Origin: Collinsella sp. | Lineage (GTDB): Bacteria; Actinomycetota; Coriobacteriia; Coriobacteriales; Coriobacteriaceae | Reading direction: 5' to 3' | Length of the DNA stretch: 39,376 bases | Assembly: GCA_014871605.1 (NCBI GenBank) | Contig: WGSQ01000001.1 | Location: 1 to 39,376 of the forward strand | Shown: positions 28,337 through 37,086 of the stretch, in pieces | How positions within the stretch are numbered: the first letter of the stretch is position 1 | Layout: every line of letters begins with the position of its first letter | The notes under the pieces: generated by a model | Database searches by the model: none | What the model was told of the DNA's origin: nothing | The model's input: the letters and a program-made list of their open reading frames with translations, nothing else | Made by a program: the position numbers and the translations under genes

Positions 28337-29347
28337 GTGGCAAAACAGCGCGTTACGATCGCAGACGTCGCTCGAGAGGCGGGAACCTCGACGGCAAGCG
28401 TCTCGTATTACCTCAACGACAAACGAGAAAAGCTTAGCGAGAAGACGCAGAACAAAATCGCGCGCGTCATTAAGGAACTCGGATACGTTCCCAACGCCCA
28501 AGCGCAGACGCTCACCGGCAAGCAAACCCACGTCATTGCCATCATCATTTTGGATAACACCAACAAATGGGCGGGGCTCGTTCTCAATGGCATGGAGCAG
28601 GTCATGCTCCCCGCGGGCTACCAGACGGTCGTTTGCACGAGCAACTTTAACCCCGAGACCGAGCTCATGTACGTCGACAAGATGCTCTCGCTGGGCGTCG
28701 ATGGCTTTATCATCCAGCCCACGGCAAACTTCAAAGCCGTGCATGACCGCATTAGACGCGCCGGCAAGCCGGTCGTCTTTTTCGATGCGGCCATCTATAG
28801 CCCAGGTACCAGCTGGATCAAAACCAACCTTTACGACGGCGTGTACAACGCCACACAGGCACTCCTCGACGCCGGCTACGAAGATTTCTTTTCCATTGCC
28901 GCCAACATGACCGAAATGCGCACCCGCATGGAGCGTTTTCAGGGGTATGCCGAGGCGCTGGCAGCGAACGGGCAGCTCTACAAAGCGATTCCCATCGATC
29001 ACAACAAGCCGTCAATCAACGAGCTCACCGAATACTTTAAATTCAAGTTCAATCCCGCCAAGCGAACCCTTATCTTCGTGCAAAATCAGTGGGCACTTCC
29101 CCGTGTCTACAAGGCCCTCCAGCCAATGGCCCATCTGCTTCCGCAGCAAATCGGCCTTTTGGGACTCAACTGCGAAGACTGGACTAATCTCACCACACCG
29201 ACCGTCTCCACCATCATCGAGCCCGTCGACCAAGAAGGTCGCGAAGCAGCCGAGATGCTGCTCGCCCTACTTGACGGAAGCAGCGAACCCGGCGAGCAGC
29301 GCATTCTCGAGTGCAAGCTCAACTGGCTCGACTCCACCTCGATCTAG
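28337..29347 (+). CDS. LacI-family regulator, divergent from the PTS operon
   Basis: VTIADVAREAGTSTASVSYYLN..GYVPNAQAQTL. GTG start after AAGGAG. Confidence 0.93.
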   Translation: MAKQRVTIADVAREAGTSTASVSYYLNDKREKLSEKTQNKIARVIKELGYVPNAQAQTLTGKQTHVIAIIILDNTNKWAGLVLNGMEQVMLPAGYQTVVCTSNFNPETELMYVDKMLSLGVDGFIIQPTANFKAVHDRIRRAGKPVVFFDAAIYSPGTSWIKTNLYDGVYNATQALLDAGYEDFFSIAANMTEMRTRMERFQGYAEALAANGQLYKAIPIDHNKPSINELTEYFKFKFNPAKRTLIFVQNQWALPRVYKALQPMAHLLPQQIGLLGLNCEDWTNLTTPTVSTIIEPVDQEGREAAEMLLALLDGSSEPGEQRILECKLNWLDSTSI

Positions 29348-29466
29348 ACCGCGGGACAAATGAATCAGTAGCGTTTGTCTCAAATCTTAAGTATTTGTTC
29401 GACAGAACGGCCCTTGCCGGCTCCTGCTAGACTGGTAGATTCCCAACCGTCCATCCAGGAGCCTCA

Positions 29467-30450
29467 ATGTCGCGCAAGCCCGCCTACAAGCAAATACTTT
29501 CCATCGGCACCACCGTGGTGCTAGGGTTTGCGCTGTTTACGGGATCGCTTGACGGGGCGCCCAAGCTGCTGTCGCCGCAAAGCGATGAGCAAGCGGCGGC
29601 TCTGGCCGAAAAACAAAACGAGAGCCCCAGCCGCACCGACGACGAGGCAGACCTGGTTGCCCGGCTCGAATCGGGAACGGCGAGCTCCCCGGACCCTCAA
29701 AACGGCCAGGACTCTGGCGATGGCTCCGATTCCGCCGCAACCGACACCGATGACGACGTTTCCGCGGACAGTGCCGCCACCCCCATCGACGAGGTCGAAA
29801 ACCCCGACCTCAACCGCGCCCGCGGTGTTTATCTCAGCAGCATTCCCGACTACGCCGGCAACCCCTACGTTGCCCTTCGCGCCGACAGCACGCACCCGCT
29901 CGGCACACCATCATTCACGCTCGATGAATACGATCGTGCCACCGAAGAGGGCTGCTTTAAGAAATTCTCCAAGCTCGACAGCCTTGGCCGCACCCGCAAA
30001 GCGCTCGCCTGCGTGGGCCCCGAATCGCTCGGTCAAGGCAAGCGCGGCGATATCTCGCGTATCCATCCTGCCGGTTGGCACCAGCAGCGCTACGGCTTTA
30101 TTCCAGGCCAGAGCCTCTACAACCGCTGCCACCTTATCGCCTGGTCGCTCTGCGGCGAAAACGCCAATCGCAAGAATCTCCTCACCGGCACGCGCTATCT
30201 CAACGAAACGGGTATGCTGCCGTTTGAAGAGCAGATCCTCGACTACATCCACGACACAGGCAACCATGTGCTCTACCGCGTCACGCCCATGTATAACGAA
30301 GAGGAACTCGTCTGTCGCGGCGTTCGTCTGGAAGCACAATCGATCGAGGACCACGGCAAGACCCTCTGTTTCCATGTGTACTGCTATAACCTGCAGCCGC
30401 ACGTGCAGATCGACTACGCCACCGGCCGCAACCAGGCCTCGGGGGACTAG
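29467..30450 (+). CDS. Membrane-anchored/secreted DNA/RNA non-specific endonuclease
   Basis: N-terminal hydrophobic segment, acidic linker, LDSLGR, YNRCHLIAWSL..N..NLLTGTRYLN..ML.FE, YRVTP. Confidence 0.85.
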   Translation: MSRKPAYKQILSIGTTVVLGFALFTGSLDGAPKLLSPQSDEQAAALAEKQNESPSRTDDEADLVARLESGTASSPDPQNGQDSGDGSDSAATDTDDDVSADSAATPIDEVENPDLNRARGVYLSSIPDYAGNPYVALRADSTHPLGTPSFTLDEYDRATEEGCFKKFSKLDSLGRTRKALACVGPESLGQGKRGDISRIHPAGWHQQRYGFIPGQSLYNRCHLIAWSLCGENANRKNLLTGTRYLNETGMLPFEEQILDYIHDTGNHVLYRVTPMYNEEELVCRGVRLEAQSIEDHGKTLCFHVYCYNLQPHVQIDYATGRNQASGD

Positions 30451-30494
30451 CCCCCAACCGCGACATGAATCGATTTGCAACCCCAGGGATCAAA

Positions 30495-30527
30495 AAGGGC
30501 CGCCCTGGAGCGCCCAGAGCGGCCCTT
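30495..30527 (-). terminator. Terminator of the EF-G paralog
   Basis: Stem AAGGGCCGC/GCGGCCCTT with a T run on the minus strand. Confidence 0.6.
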
Positions 30528-30561
30528 GCATCGGCGCGTATGTTACAGGCAACGCCACACG

Positions 30562-32637
30562 TTACTTGGCGCGGCCTTCCTCATAGCGCTCGACCAGCTT
30601 GGCCTGAACGTCATAGGGAACCTGCTCATAGCCAGCGGGCTTCATGGTAAAGTCACCCGTGCCGCGCGTGATAGAGCGCAGGCGCGTCGAGTAATCCGTC
30701 AACTCGGCCAGCGGCGCCTGGGCGATGACCACGGTGTCGCCGCGCTCATCGGTCTCCATGCCCGTCACGCGACCGCGCGATGCCGAGATGTCGCCCATCA
30801 CGGCGCCGGCGTAGCTCTCGGGGATAGTCACCGTGATTTCCTCGATGGGCTCCAGCACCACTGGGTCGGCATCGGCGCATGCCTTGCGCAGGCCGATGCG
30901 AGCCGCCGCGCGGAACGCCATCTCATTGGAGTCGACGCTGTGATACGAGCCGTCGTACACAGCCACGCGAATGCCCGTAAGCGGGTAGCCGGCAATGATG
31001 CCGTCCTTCATGGTCTCCTGGACGCCCTTGTCCACGGCGGGGATGAGCGAACGCGGGATGCGGCCACCCACGACCTCGTCCACAAACTCATAGCCGTCGC
31101 TCGTGCCGTCGGGCCCAATGAGCGGCTCCACGCGCAGCCAGCAGTCGCCGTACTGACCGGCACCGCCTGTCTGCTTCTTGTGGCGGCCCTGGGCACTTGC
31201 CGTGCGGCGGATGGTCTCGCGATACGGAATGCGGATCGGCACGCTCTTGGCCGCGACCTTGGTGCGGTCCTCCAGACGGTTAAGCAGCACCGAGACCTGT
31301 GCCTCGCCTACTGCGGAAATGATGGTCTGACCGGTCTCCTCGTCGCGGTCGATGCTCATGGTCGGATCGGCCTTGCATGCCTTCTCGATAAACGTATAGA
31401 GCTTCTCCTCGTCGCCGCGGTTCTCAGCCTCGATGGCGATACGGTACTGCGAGTTGGGGAACTTGAACGCCGCCGCCTCGACCTTACCGGTAATGGAGAG
31501 CGTGTCGCCCGTCTCGGCAGCCAGCTTGGGCGCCACGATGATGTCGCCGGCATAGGCGTGACCGACCTCGGTCATGTCGCGGCCGCACATCACATACAGA
31601 TGAGCCAAACGGTCGCTCTTGCGCGTACGGGCGTTGACGAGCTCAAGACCCGGCTCAAGCGTGCCCGTCAGCACCTTGATAAAGCTGATACGACCCTGCT
31701 GCGGATCTGCCAGCGTCTTAAATACAAACGCCACCGGACGGTCATCGTCACTCGAGATCTTGAGCGAATCGCCGTCGATGAGCGGCATCTCGCCGTAGTC
31801 GGTCGGCGCGGGGAAGTACGTGGCGATGTCGTCCATCAGCGAGTTGACGCCCTGCTCCTTAATGCAATCGCCCGCAAAGACCGGCACAAAGATGCGCTCG
31901 GCAATTGCCTTCGACAGCAGGCCCTCGAGCTCCTCCTGCGTCAGCGTCTCCTCGCCTTCCAAGTACTTCATCATCAGCTCGTCGTCGGCCTCGGCCACCA
32001 GCTCGCACAGATGGTCGTGGGCCTCCTCGGCCTGGGCACGATACTCCTCGGGGATCTCCGATTCAACGGCCTCGACGCCGTTGCAGTGGCGCGCCTTCAT
32101 GCGCACCAGGTCGATGATGCCGTCAAAGTCCTCGCCCTCGCCCCAGGGAAGGGTCACGGCGCCCAGACGCGTGCCAAAGCGCTCCTGCAGCAGGTCCATC
32201 GTGGTCGCAAAGCTGGCCTCGGAGCGCGACAGGCGGTTTACGAACACCGCACGCGCCAGACGCAGGTCCTCGGCGGCATACCAGAGCTTAACCGTCGTAG
32301 GCTGTGGGCCGGCCTCGGCGTCGACCACAAACAGAGCCGTCTCGCAGACGCTCATCGCGGCAAAGGCGTCGCCGATAAAATCGGGGTAGCACGGGGCATC
32401 GAGCACATTGATGCGTGCGCCCTTCCAGTCGATCGGCGCGATGGTCGTCGAGATGGAAAATGCACGCTTGACCTCTTCGGGGTCATAGTCGAGCGTAGGC
32501 TTGGTGCCGTCGTGGCCGCCCAGGCGGGCGGTCTTGCCGGAAAGGTGGAGCATGGCTTCGGCGAGTGAAGTCTTGCCCACCCCGCCTTGGCCTACGAGCA
32601 CCACGTTCCTTACGTTACCGGTCTTGGGAGCACCCAT
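30562..32637 (-). CDS. fusA2: Elongation factor G paralog (EF-G2-like, divergent G domain)
   Basis: G1 GQGGVGKTS, YRETI, HKKQTGGAGQYG, DGSYHSVDSNEMAF, LEPI, LRSITRGTG. AAGGAGG RBS. Not located in an str operon. Confidence 0.9.
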   Translation of the reverse strand: MGAPKTGNVRNVVLVGQGGVGKTSLAEAMLHLSGKTARLGGHDGTKPTLDYDPEEVKRAFSISTTIAPIDWKGARINVLDAPCYPDFIGDAFAAMSVCETALFVVDAEAGPQPTTVKLWYAAEDLRLARAVFVNRLSRSEASFATTMDLLQERFGTRLGAVTLPWGEGEDFDGIIDLVRMKARHCNGVEAVESEIPEEYRAQAEEAHDHLCELVAEADDELMMKYLEGEETLTQEELEGLLSKAIAERIFVPVFAGDCIKEQGVNSLMDDIATYFPAPTDYGEMPLIDGDSLKISSDDDRPVAFVFKTLADPQQGRISFIKVLTGTLEPGLELVNARTRKSDRLAHLYVMCGRDMTEVGHAYAGDIIVAPKLAAETGDTLSITGKVEAAAFKFPNSQYRIAIEAENRGDEEKLYTFIEKACKADPTMSIDRDEETGQTIISAVGEAQVSVLLNRLEDRTKVAAKSVPIRIPYRETIRRTASAQGRHKKQTGGAGQYGDCWLRVEPLIGPDGTSDGYEFVDEVVGGRIPRSLIPAVDKGVQETMKDGIIAGYPLTGIRVAVYDGSYHSVDSNEMAFRAAARIGLRKACADADPVVLEPIEEITVTIPESYAGAVMGDISASRGRVTGMETDERGDTVVIAQAPLAELTDYSTRLRSITRGTGDFTMKPAGYEQVPYDVQAKLVERYEEGRAK

Positions 32638-32880
32638 GATGACCTCCTTGCAGGGCCGCGCGCAATGCGCGACGCCAACGGGGAGAGTTCGCGGTCGGTG
32701 CCATCCCGGGAGCAGCATGGTCGGCAGCCGAGCCGACTCACCCTCCAAATGTCCTATGCCACCACCCTACCCTCACGGGCGGCTGTCCATGCATACCTTT
32801 CGGCGCACGTATGAATACAGGCGGCGAGAGGAAGAGACAGGCTTGTGAGGCGATTATTGAACCCCGTCGATGTAAACAAA

Positions 32881-32914
32881 AAGCCGCCACAGACCGTAAG
32901 GCCTGCGGCGGCTT
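32881..32914 (-). terminator. Terminator of the amino-acid ABC operon
   Basis: Stem AAGCCGCC/GGCGGCTT followed by TTTGTTT on the minus strand. Confidence 0.65.
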
Positions 32915-32950
32915 CGCCTCAATTACTAATAGTTGAGTAAATACCTGAGC

Positions 32951-33715
32951 CTACCCCTCGATACGGCTCAAGAACTCACGGGTGCGCTGCCCACGCGGAT
33001 GGTCGATGACCTGCTCGGCAGGACCCTCCTCGACAATGCGGCCGCCATCCATAAAGACCACGCGGTCGGCAACATCGCGCGCAAACTGCATTGCGTGGGT
33101 CACGATCACCATCGTCATATTCTGCGCGGCAAGGTCTTTAATGACACGCAGCACCTCGGCCGTCAGCTCGGGATCGAGTGCCGAGGTCGGCTCGTCAAAG
33201 AACAGGATCTCCGGGTCGAGCGCTAGGGCGCGGGCAATACTCACGCGCTGCTGCTGACCGCCCGAAAGCTCACACGGCACCTTGTTCTCGTTGCCCACAA
33301 GCCCCATCTGAGCAATCAATTCATGCGCACGAGCTTCTGCCTGCTCGCGCGGGCGCTTAAGCACGCGGATCGGCGCGTCGATGATGTTTTTCATCACGGT
33401 ATAGTGCGGAAACAGATTGTAGTTCTGAAACACTAGGCCAAACCGCGAGCGCGCTTGCTTGGGCACATCGCCCTTCGCATAGACCGCGCCCGAACCCGCA
33501 TCCGTCGCAACGGCAAGGTCACCAAACGAGAGTGAGCCTCCGTCGAGTGTCTCGAGCAGCGTGGCACACCGCAGCAGCGTGGACTTGCCGCCACCCGAAG
33601 GTCCGATAATCGCCACGACCTCGCCACGCTTCACCTCAAGCGAGATATCCTTGAGCACCTCATTGCCGCCAAACGCCTTGCGCGCGTTTTCGATTTTCAT
33701 CACTGAGTTAGTCAT
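32951..33715 (-). CDS. Polar amino-acid ABC transporter, ATP-binding subunit
   Basis: GPSGGGKS, LSGGQQQRV, FDEPTSALDPE, VTH. Confidence 0.93.
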   Translation of the reverse strand: MTNSVMKIENARKAFGGNEVLKDISLEVKRGEVVAIIGPSGGGKSTLLRCATLLETLDGGSLSFGDLAVATDAGSGAVYAKGDVPKQARSRFGLVFQNYNLFPHYTVMKNIIDAPIRVLKRPREQAEARAHELIAQMGLVGNENKVPCELSGGQQQRVSIARALALDPEILFFDEPTSALDPELTAEVLRVIKDLAAQNMTMVIVTHAMQFARDVADRVVFMDGGRIVEEGPAEQVIDHPRGQRTREFLSRIEG

Positions 33716-34361
33716 GATAATAGTCCAGCTTCTTTTCGGCGGCGCCCAGCAGCATCTCGACCACAAAGTTAAAGACCCAGTAGATCAGCGCCGCGATCGC
33801 AAACGGCACCATGCTCACCTGCGAGGCGACCAGCGCCTTGGCCGTCGAGAACATCTCACCCACGCCAATGGCAAACGCCAGCGACGTGTCCTTGACCAGC
33901 GTGATGATCTCGTTGCCCATCGCCGGCAGAATACGCTTGGCGACCTGCGGCATCACGATATACAGAAACGTCTGCACGCGCGAATAGCCCAGCACCTCGG
34001 CAGCCTCGTATTGACCGCGCGGAATGGACTGCAAGCCCGAGCGATAGATCTCGGCAAAGTAACCGGCGTAGTTGATGATGAACGCTACGACGCACGCCGT
34101 CCACTTGGAATCGGGCGTGAGCGAAATGCCAAACACGTAGTACGGGGCAAAGTAGATGGCAAACATCTGCAGCATGAGCGGCGTGCCGCGCATGACCGAG
34201 ATATAGATGCGCGCAATCCAGCGAAGCGGCGCGATTTTGCTCATGCGCATAAACGCCACGGGGATTCCCAGCGGAATCGACCCCAGCAGCGTCAGCACAA
34301 ACAACTGCAAACTGACCAAGAATCCCTGGCCAAGCATCTGCATCATGACCTGAATAGACAT
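33708..34361 (-). CDS. Polar amino-acid ABC transporter permease (HisM/GlnP-like)
   Basis: RGTPLMLQ, EIYRSG..GQYEAA, LVKDTSL. TAATG coupling with the binding-protein gene. Confidence 0.93.
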   Translation of the reverse strand: MSIQVMMQMLGQGFLVSLQLFVLTLLGSIPLGIPVAFMRMSKIAPLRWIARIYISVMRGTPLMLQMFAIYFAPYYVFGISLTPDSKWTACVVAFIINYAGYFAEIYRSGLQSIPRGQYEAAEVLGYSRVQTFLYIVMPQVAKRILPAMGNEIITLVKDTSLAFAIGVGEMFSTAKALVASQVSMVPFAIAALIYWVFNFVVEMLLGAAEKKLDYYHD

Positions 34362-35221
34362 TACTTGAGCACCCAATTATCGAAAGATAGACCATAGCTT
34401 GAATACTTGTCGCACAGGTCCTTGACTGTGCCGTCCTCGTAGAGCGCCTTGAGCGACTCGGTCACGGCGTCGGCTGACTTGGTGTCGCCCTTCTTAAAGC
34501 CGACGGCGTAGTGCTCGCTGGACAGCGGCTCATCAAGCTGCGTATAAGCATCAGGCTTGGCGGCAAGCTGATACTGGGCAATCGAAAGGTCGCAAGCCAC
34601 GGCATCGACCGCGCCGCTCTCGAGCTGCATAAAGGCCGTGTTGTACTCGCCGATCGTGTCGAGCGTGGCAAACGTCGCCGCCAGATCCTTCTGGTCACCC
34701 TCGAGCACATCCTGCGCAGCGGAATCGGTCTGGGTAATCACGGTCTTGCCGGCAAGATCGTCCCAGCCCTTGATGCCCGCGTCCTTCTTGACCACCAGCA
34801 CCTGCTCGTTGAGCATGTACGGCTCGGAGAACGTGTAGTCGTCCTCGCGGCCCTCCATGGTAAAGCCGTTCCAGATGCAGTTGATGGCACCCGAGTTGAG
34901 CAGCGTATCCTTGGCATCCCAGTCGATGGCCTCGTATTTGACCTCCCAGCCCTGCTTATCGGCAACAGCCTTGGCCAGATCGAGATCAAAGCCGGTGTAC
35001 TCGCCATCGTCGCCCACAAAGCCGTACGGAGGATAGGACTTATCAAAGCCCACCACGAGCTTCTTGGACTCCGCAGCGCCCTTCACGTCCTTGGCCGCGG
35101 CAGAACCAGCAGCGGAGCCCTTGCCGGCACCACCGCCGCAGCCTACCAGGCCAAGGCCTAGAACCGTAGCGAGCGAACCGGCTAGACCAACAAACTGACG
35201 ACGAGACATATCGGTATTCAT
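34361..35221 (-). CDS. Polar amino-acid ABC substrate-binding lipoprotein (SBP family 3)
   Basis: Twin-Arg-like SRRQF, lipobox LVGC, YPPYGF, GFDLDLA, WNGFT. Confidence 0.92.
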   Translation of the reverse strand: MNTDMSRRQFVGLAGSLATVLGLGLVGCGGGAGKGSAAGSAAAKDVKGAAESKKLVVGFDKSYPPYGFVGDDGEYTGFDLDLAKAVADKQGWEVKYEAIDWDAKDTLLNSGAINCIWNGFTMEGREDDYTFSEPYMLNEQVLVVKKDAGIKGWDDLAGKTVITQTDSAAQDVLEGDQKDLAATFATLDTIGEYNTAFMQLESGAVDAVACDLSIAQYQLAAKPDAYTQLDEPLSSEHYAVGFKKGDTKSADAVTESLKALYEDGTVKDLCDKYSSYGLSFDNWVLK

Positions 35222-35239
35222 GGTATTCCCCCTTGGTGG

Positions 35240-35302
35240 CACTTTAGTTAAGTAAAGTGAGTCGTGTAACGTTCAGAATCATACACTTTAGCGTGATAGA
35301 GC
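35240..35302. promoter_or_regulatory. Two ACTTTA-N6-TAAAGT-type sites upstream of the amino-acid ABC operon
   Basis: CACTTTA GTTAAG TAAAGTG (35240-35259, perfect arms) and ACTTTA GCGTGA TAGAGC (35285-35302). Confidence 0.6.
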
Positions 35303-35313
35303 ACAAGGCGAGT

Positions 35314-35452
35314 TTGCCCGCCGCGTGAGGGGTGTGGGGGTTAAGTTTCCTGCTCTACAGTCCTGCTCACGACGGAGGCCACATTAAGTGGCCTCCTGTT
35401 CGTGCGGAACTCGCGATAAACTTAACCCCCACACCCCTCACGCGGCGGGCAA
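35314..35452. repeat. 139-bp palindromic element with perfect 35-bp terminal inverted repeats
   Basis: 35314-35348 is the exact reverse complement of 35418-35452. Inner hairpin GGAGGCCAC-ATTAA-GTGGCCTCC. Confidence 0.85.
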
Positions 35453-35559
35453 CCGTCGTTGGGCTTATCACTGACACGAATAAACCGCTTGTATATCGTC
35501 TGCTGGCTTGGCACGGTACAATACTTGCAGCTTTAATTCATGAATAAGTGGAGTTATTG

Positions 35560-37008
35560 ATGGCAGAATCTCGTGCGGAGCGTAGGGCTCGTCGTGCTTT
35601 GATCGAGGCGGCTGAGGGGTCAGAGGAGAAAAAATCTTCTCAGAAATCCAAGTCGTCTCAGGACGCGAAGGGTAAGTCGGCCAAGGGCAAGGCTAAGGCC
35701 AAGCGTCCCGGCTCTCGTCGGAACGAGGATAAGGCATCTCAGACTCGCTCCAAGCGCTCGCATAAAGATCGGGTTTCGTCTGCGCGTAAGGCTGTGGACC
35801 CCAAGTCTCCTTGTTCCATCATGAAAGCTTGCGGTGGGTGTACGGCGCTCAATCGTCCTTATAAGAAGCAACTCGCCGCCAAGCAGGCTGCTATGGAGGA
35901 GCTTTTTGCTTCGCTTTGTGAGCGTGAGGGCATTGCTGTAGATCCTATTCGTGGCATGGGTGTCACCCTGGGCGACCCGGGCAAATATCCTGCGCCGCGT
36001 GGCTTTCGTCACAAGGCTGCCACTCCCTTTGCTCCCGGTAAGGAGGGCGCCGTCCGTTGCGGTTTCTTTGAGCGCGGCACGCACAAGATCGTTGCCGTAC
36101 CCGAATGCCCCGTCGAGGCACCGGGCACCCGTCAGATTCTCAACGGCATCGCACGCGAAGCTGAGCGGCTGCATATTCCCGCCTTTAATGAGGACAAGCA
36201 TCTTGGTTTACTTCGCTATGCCGTCATCCGCTGCGGTTGGCGTACCGACCAGGTCATGGTCACGCTCGTGACCGCTCAGCGCGACTTGCCGCATGCGCAG
36301 GAGTTCTTTGAGGCTGTCGCCGCACTCAATCCGCACATCGTCACCGTCGCCCAAAACATCAACGGACGTCCCGGCAACGCCATCCTCGGCGAGGAAACCC
36401 GCATTGTATATGGCGCCGAGTGCATGCGCGACCAGCTGCTCGGCTGCGAGTTCGATATCTCCCCCACCGCGTTCTACCAGACCAACCCGCAGCAGACCGA
36501 GCTGCTCTATCAGCTCGCGATTGACGGCATGGACCTGCAGCAGGGCGACGTACTCATGGATGCCTATTGCGGTAGCGGAACTATCGGTCTGTGCGCCGCG
36601 AAGGATGCCCAGGACAGAGGCGTCGGCATTATGCTGCTCGGCGTGGAGCGCAACCCGGCGGGCGTTGCCGACGCACGCCGCAATGCCGAGCTCAACGGCC
36701 TCACCCGCAGCGCCTGGTTTATGGCCGACGATGCGACCGACTATATCCTCGATGCCGCCGACAACAACGAACGCGTCGACATTCTTTCCATCGACCCGCC
36801 GCGCGCCGGCTCCACGCCCGAGTTCCTCGAAGCTGCCTGCGCACTTAAACCGCGCCGCATCACCTATATCAGCTGCAACCCCGTGACTCAAGAGCGCGAC
36901 CTGCATCAGCTCCTCGACGGAGGCTACCGACTGCTCAAGATCACGCCCGTCGACATGTTCCCTCACACCGACCACACCGAAACCGTAGCGGTCCTCGAAC
37001 GCCGCTAA
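35560..37008 (+). CDS. rlmD: 23S rRNA m5U methyltransferase, RlmD/TrmA family
   Basis: C-x4-CGGC Fe-S motif, AFYQTN, DAYCGSGTIG, DPPRAG, YISCNP, DMFPHT.H.E. Lys-rich N-terminal extension. Confidence 0.92.
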   Translation: MAESRAERRARRALIEAAEGSEEKKSSQKSKSSQDAKGKSAKGKAKAKRPGSRRNEDKASQTRSKRSHKDRVSSARKAVDPKSPCSIMKACGGCTALNRPYKKQLAAKQAAMEELFASLCEREGIAVDPIRGMGVTLGDPGKYPAPRGFRHKAATPFAPGKEGAVRCGFFERGTHKIVAVPECPVEAPGTRQILNGIAREAERLHIPAFNEDKHLGLLRYAVIRCGWRTDQVMVTLVTAQRDLPHAQEFFEAVAALNPHIVTVAQNINGRPGNAILGEETRIVYGAECMRDQLLGCEFDISPTAFYQTNPQQTELLYQLAIDGMDLQQGDVLMDAYCGSGTIGLCAAKDAQDRGVGIMLLGVERNPAGVADARRNAELNGLTRSAWFMADDATDYILDAADNNERVDILSIDPPRAGSTPEFLEAACALKPRRITYISCNPVTQERDLHQLLDGGYRLLKITPVDMFPHTDHTETVAVLERR

Positions 37009-37034
37009 CCAACCTCAGTAGATTTTTGGGACAA

Positions 37035-37067
37035 GAAAGGGGGCGACCCGCCTGGGCCGCCCCCTTC
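37035..37067. terminator. Hairpin between convergent rlmD and PHP genes
   Basis: Stem AAGGGGGCG/CGCCCCCTT. Confidence 0.55.
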
Positions 37068-37086
37068 GCTTGGTTTATAAACTCCG

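Noticed and set aside
35560..36010. T-rich codon usage in the 5' part of rlmD, suggesting a foreign segment
   Set aside because: The frame is continuous with no junction or repeat. It overlaps a low-complexity Lys/Ser-rich extension and the bias fades gradually.
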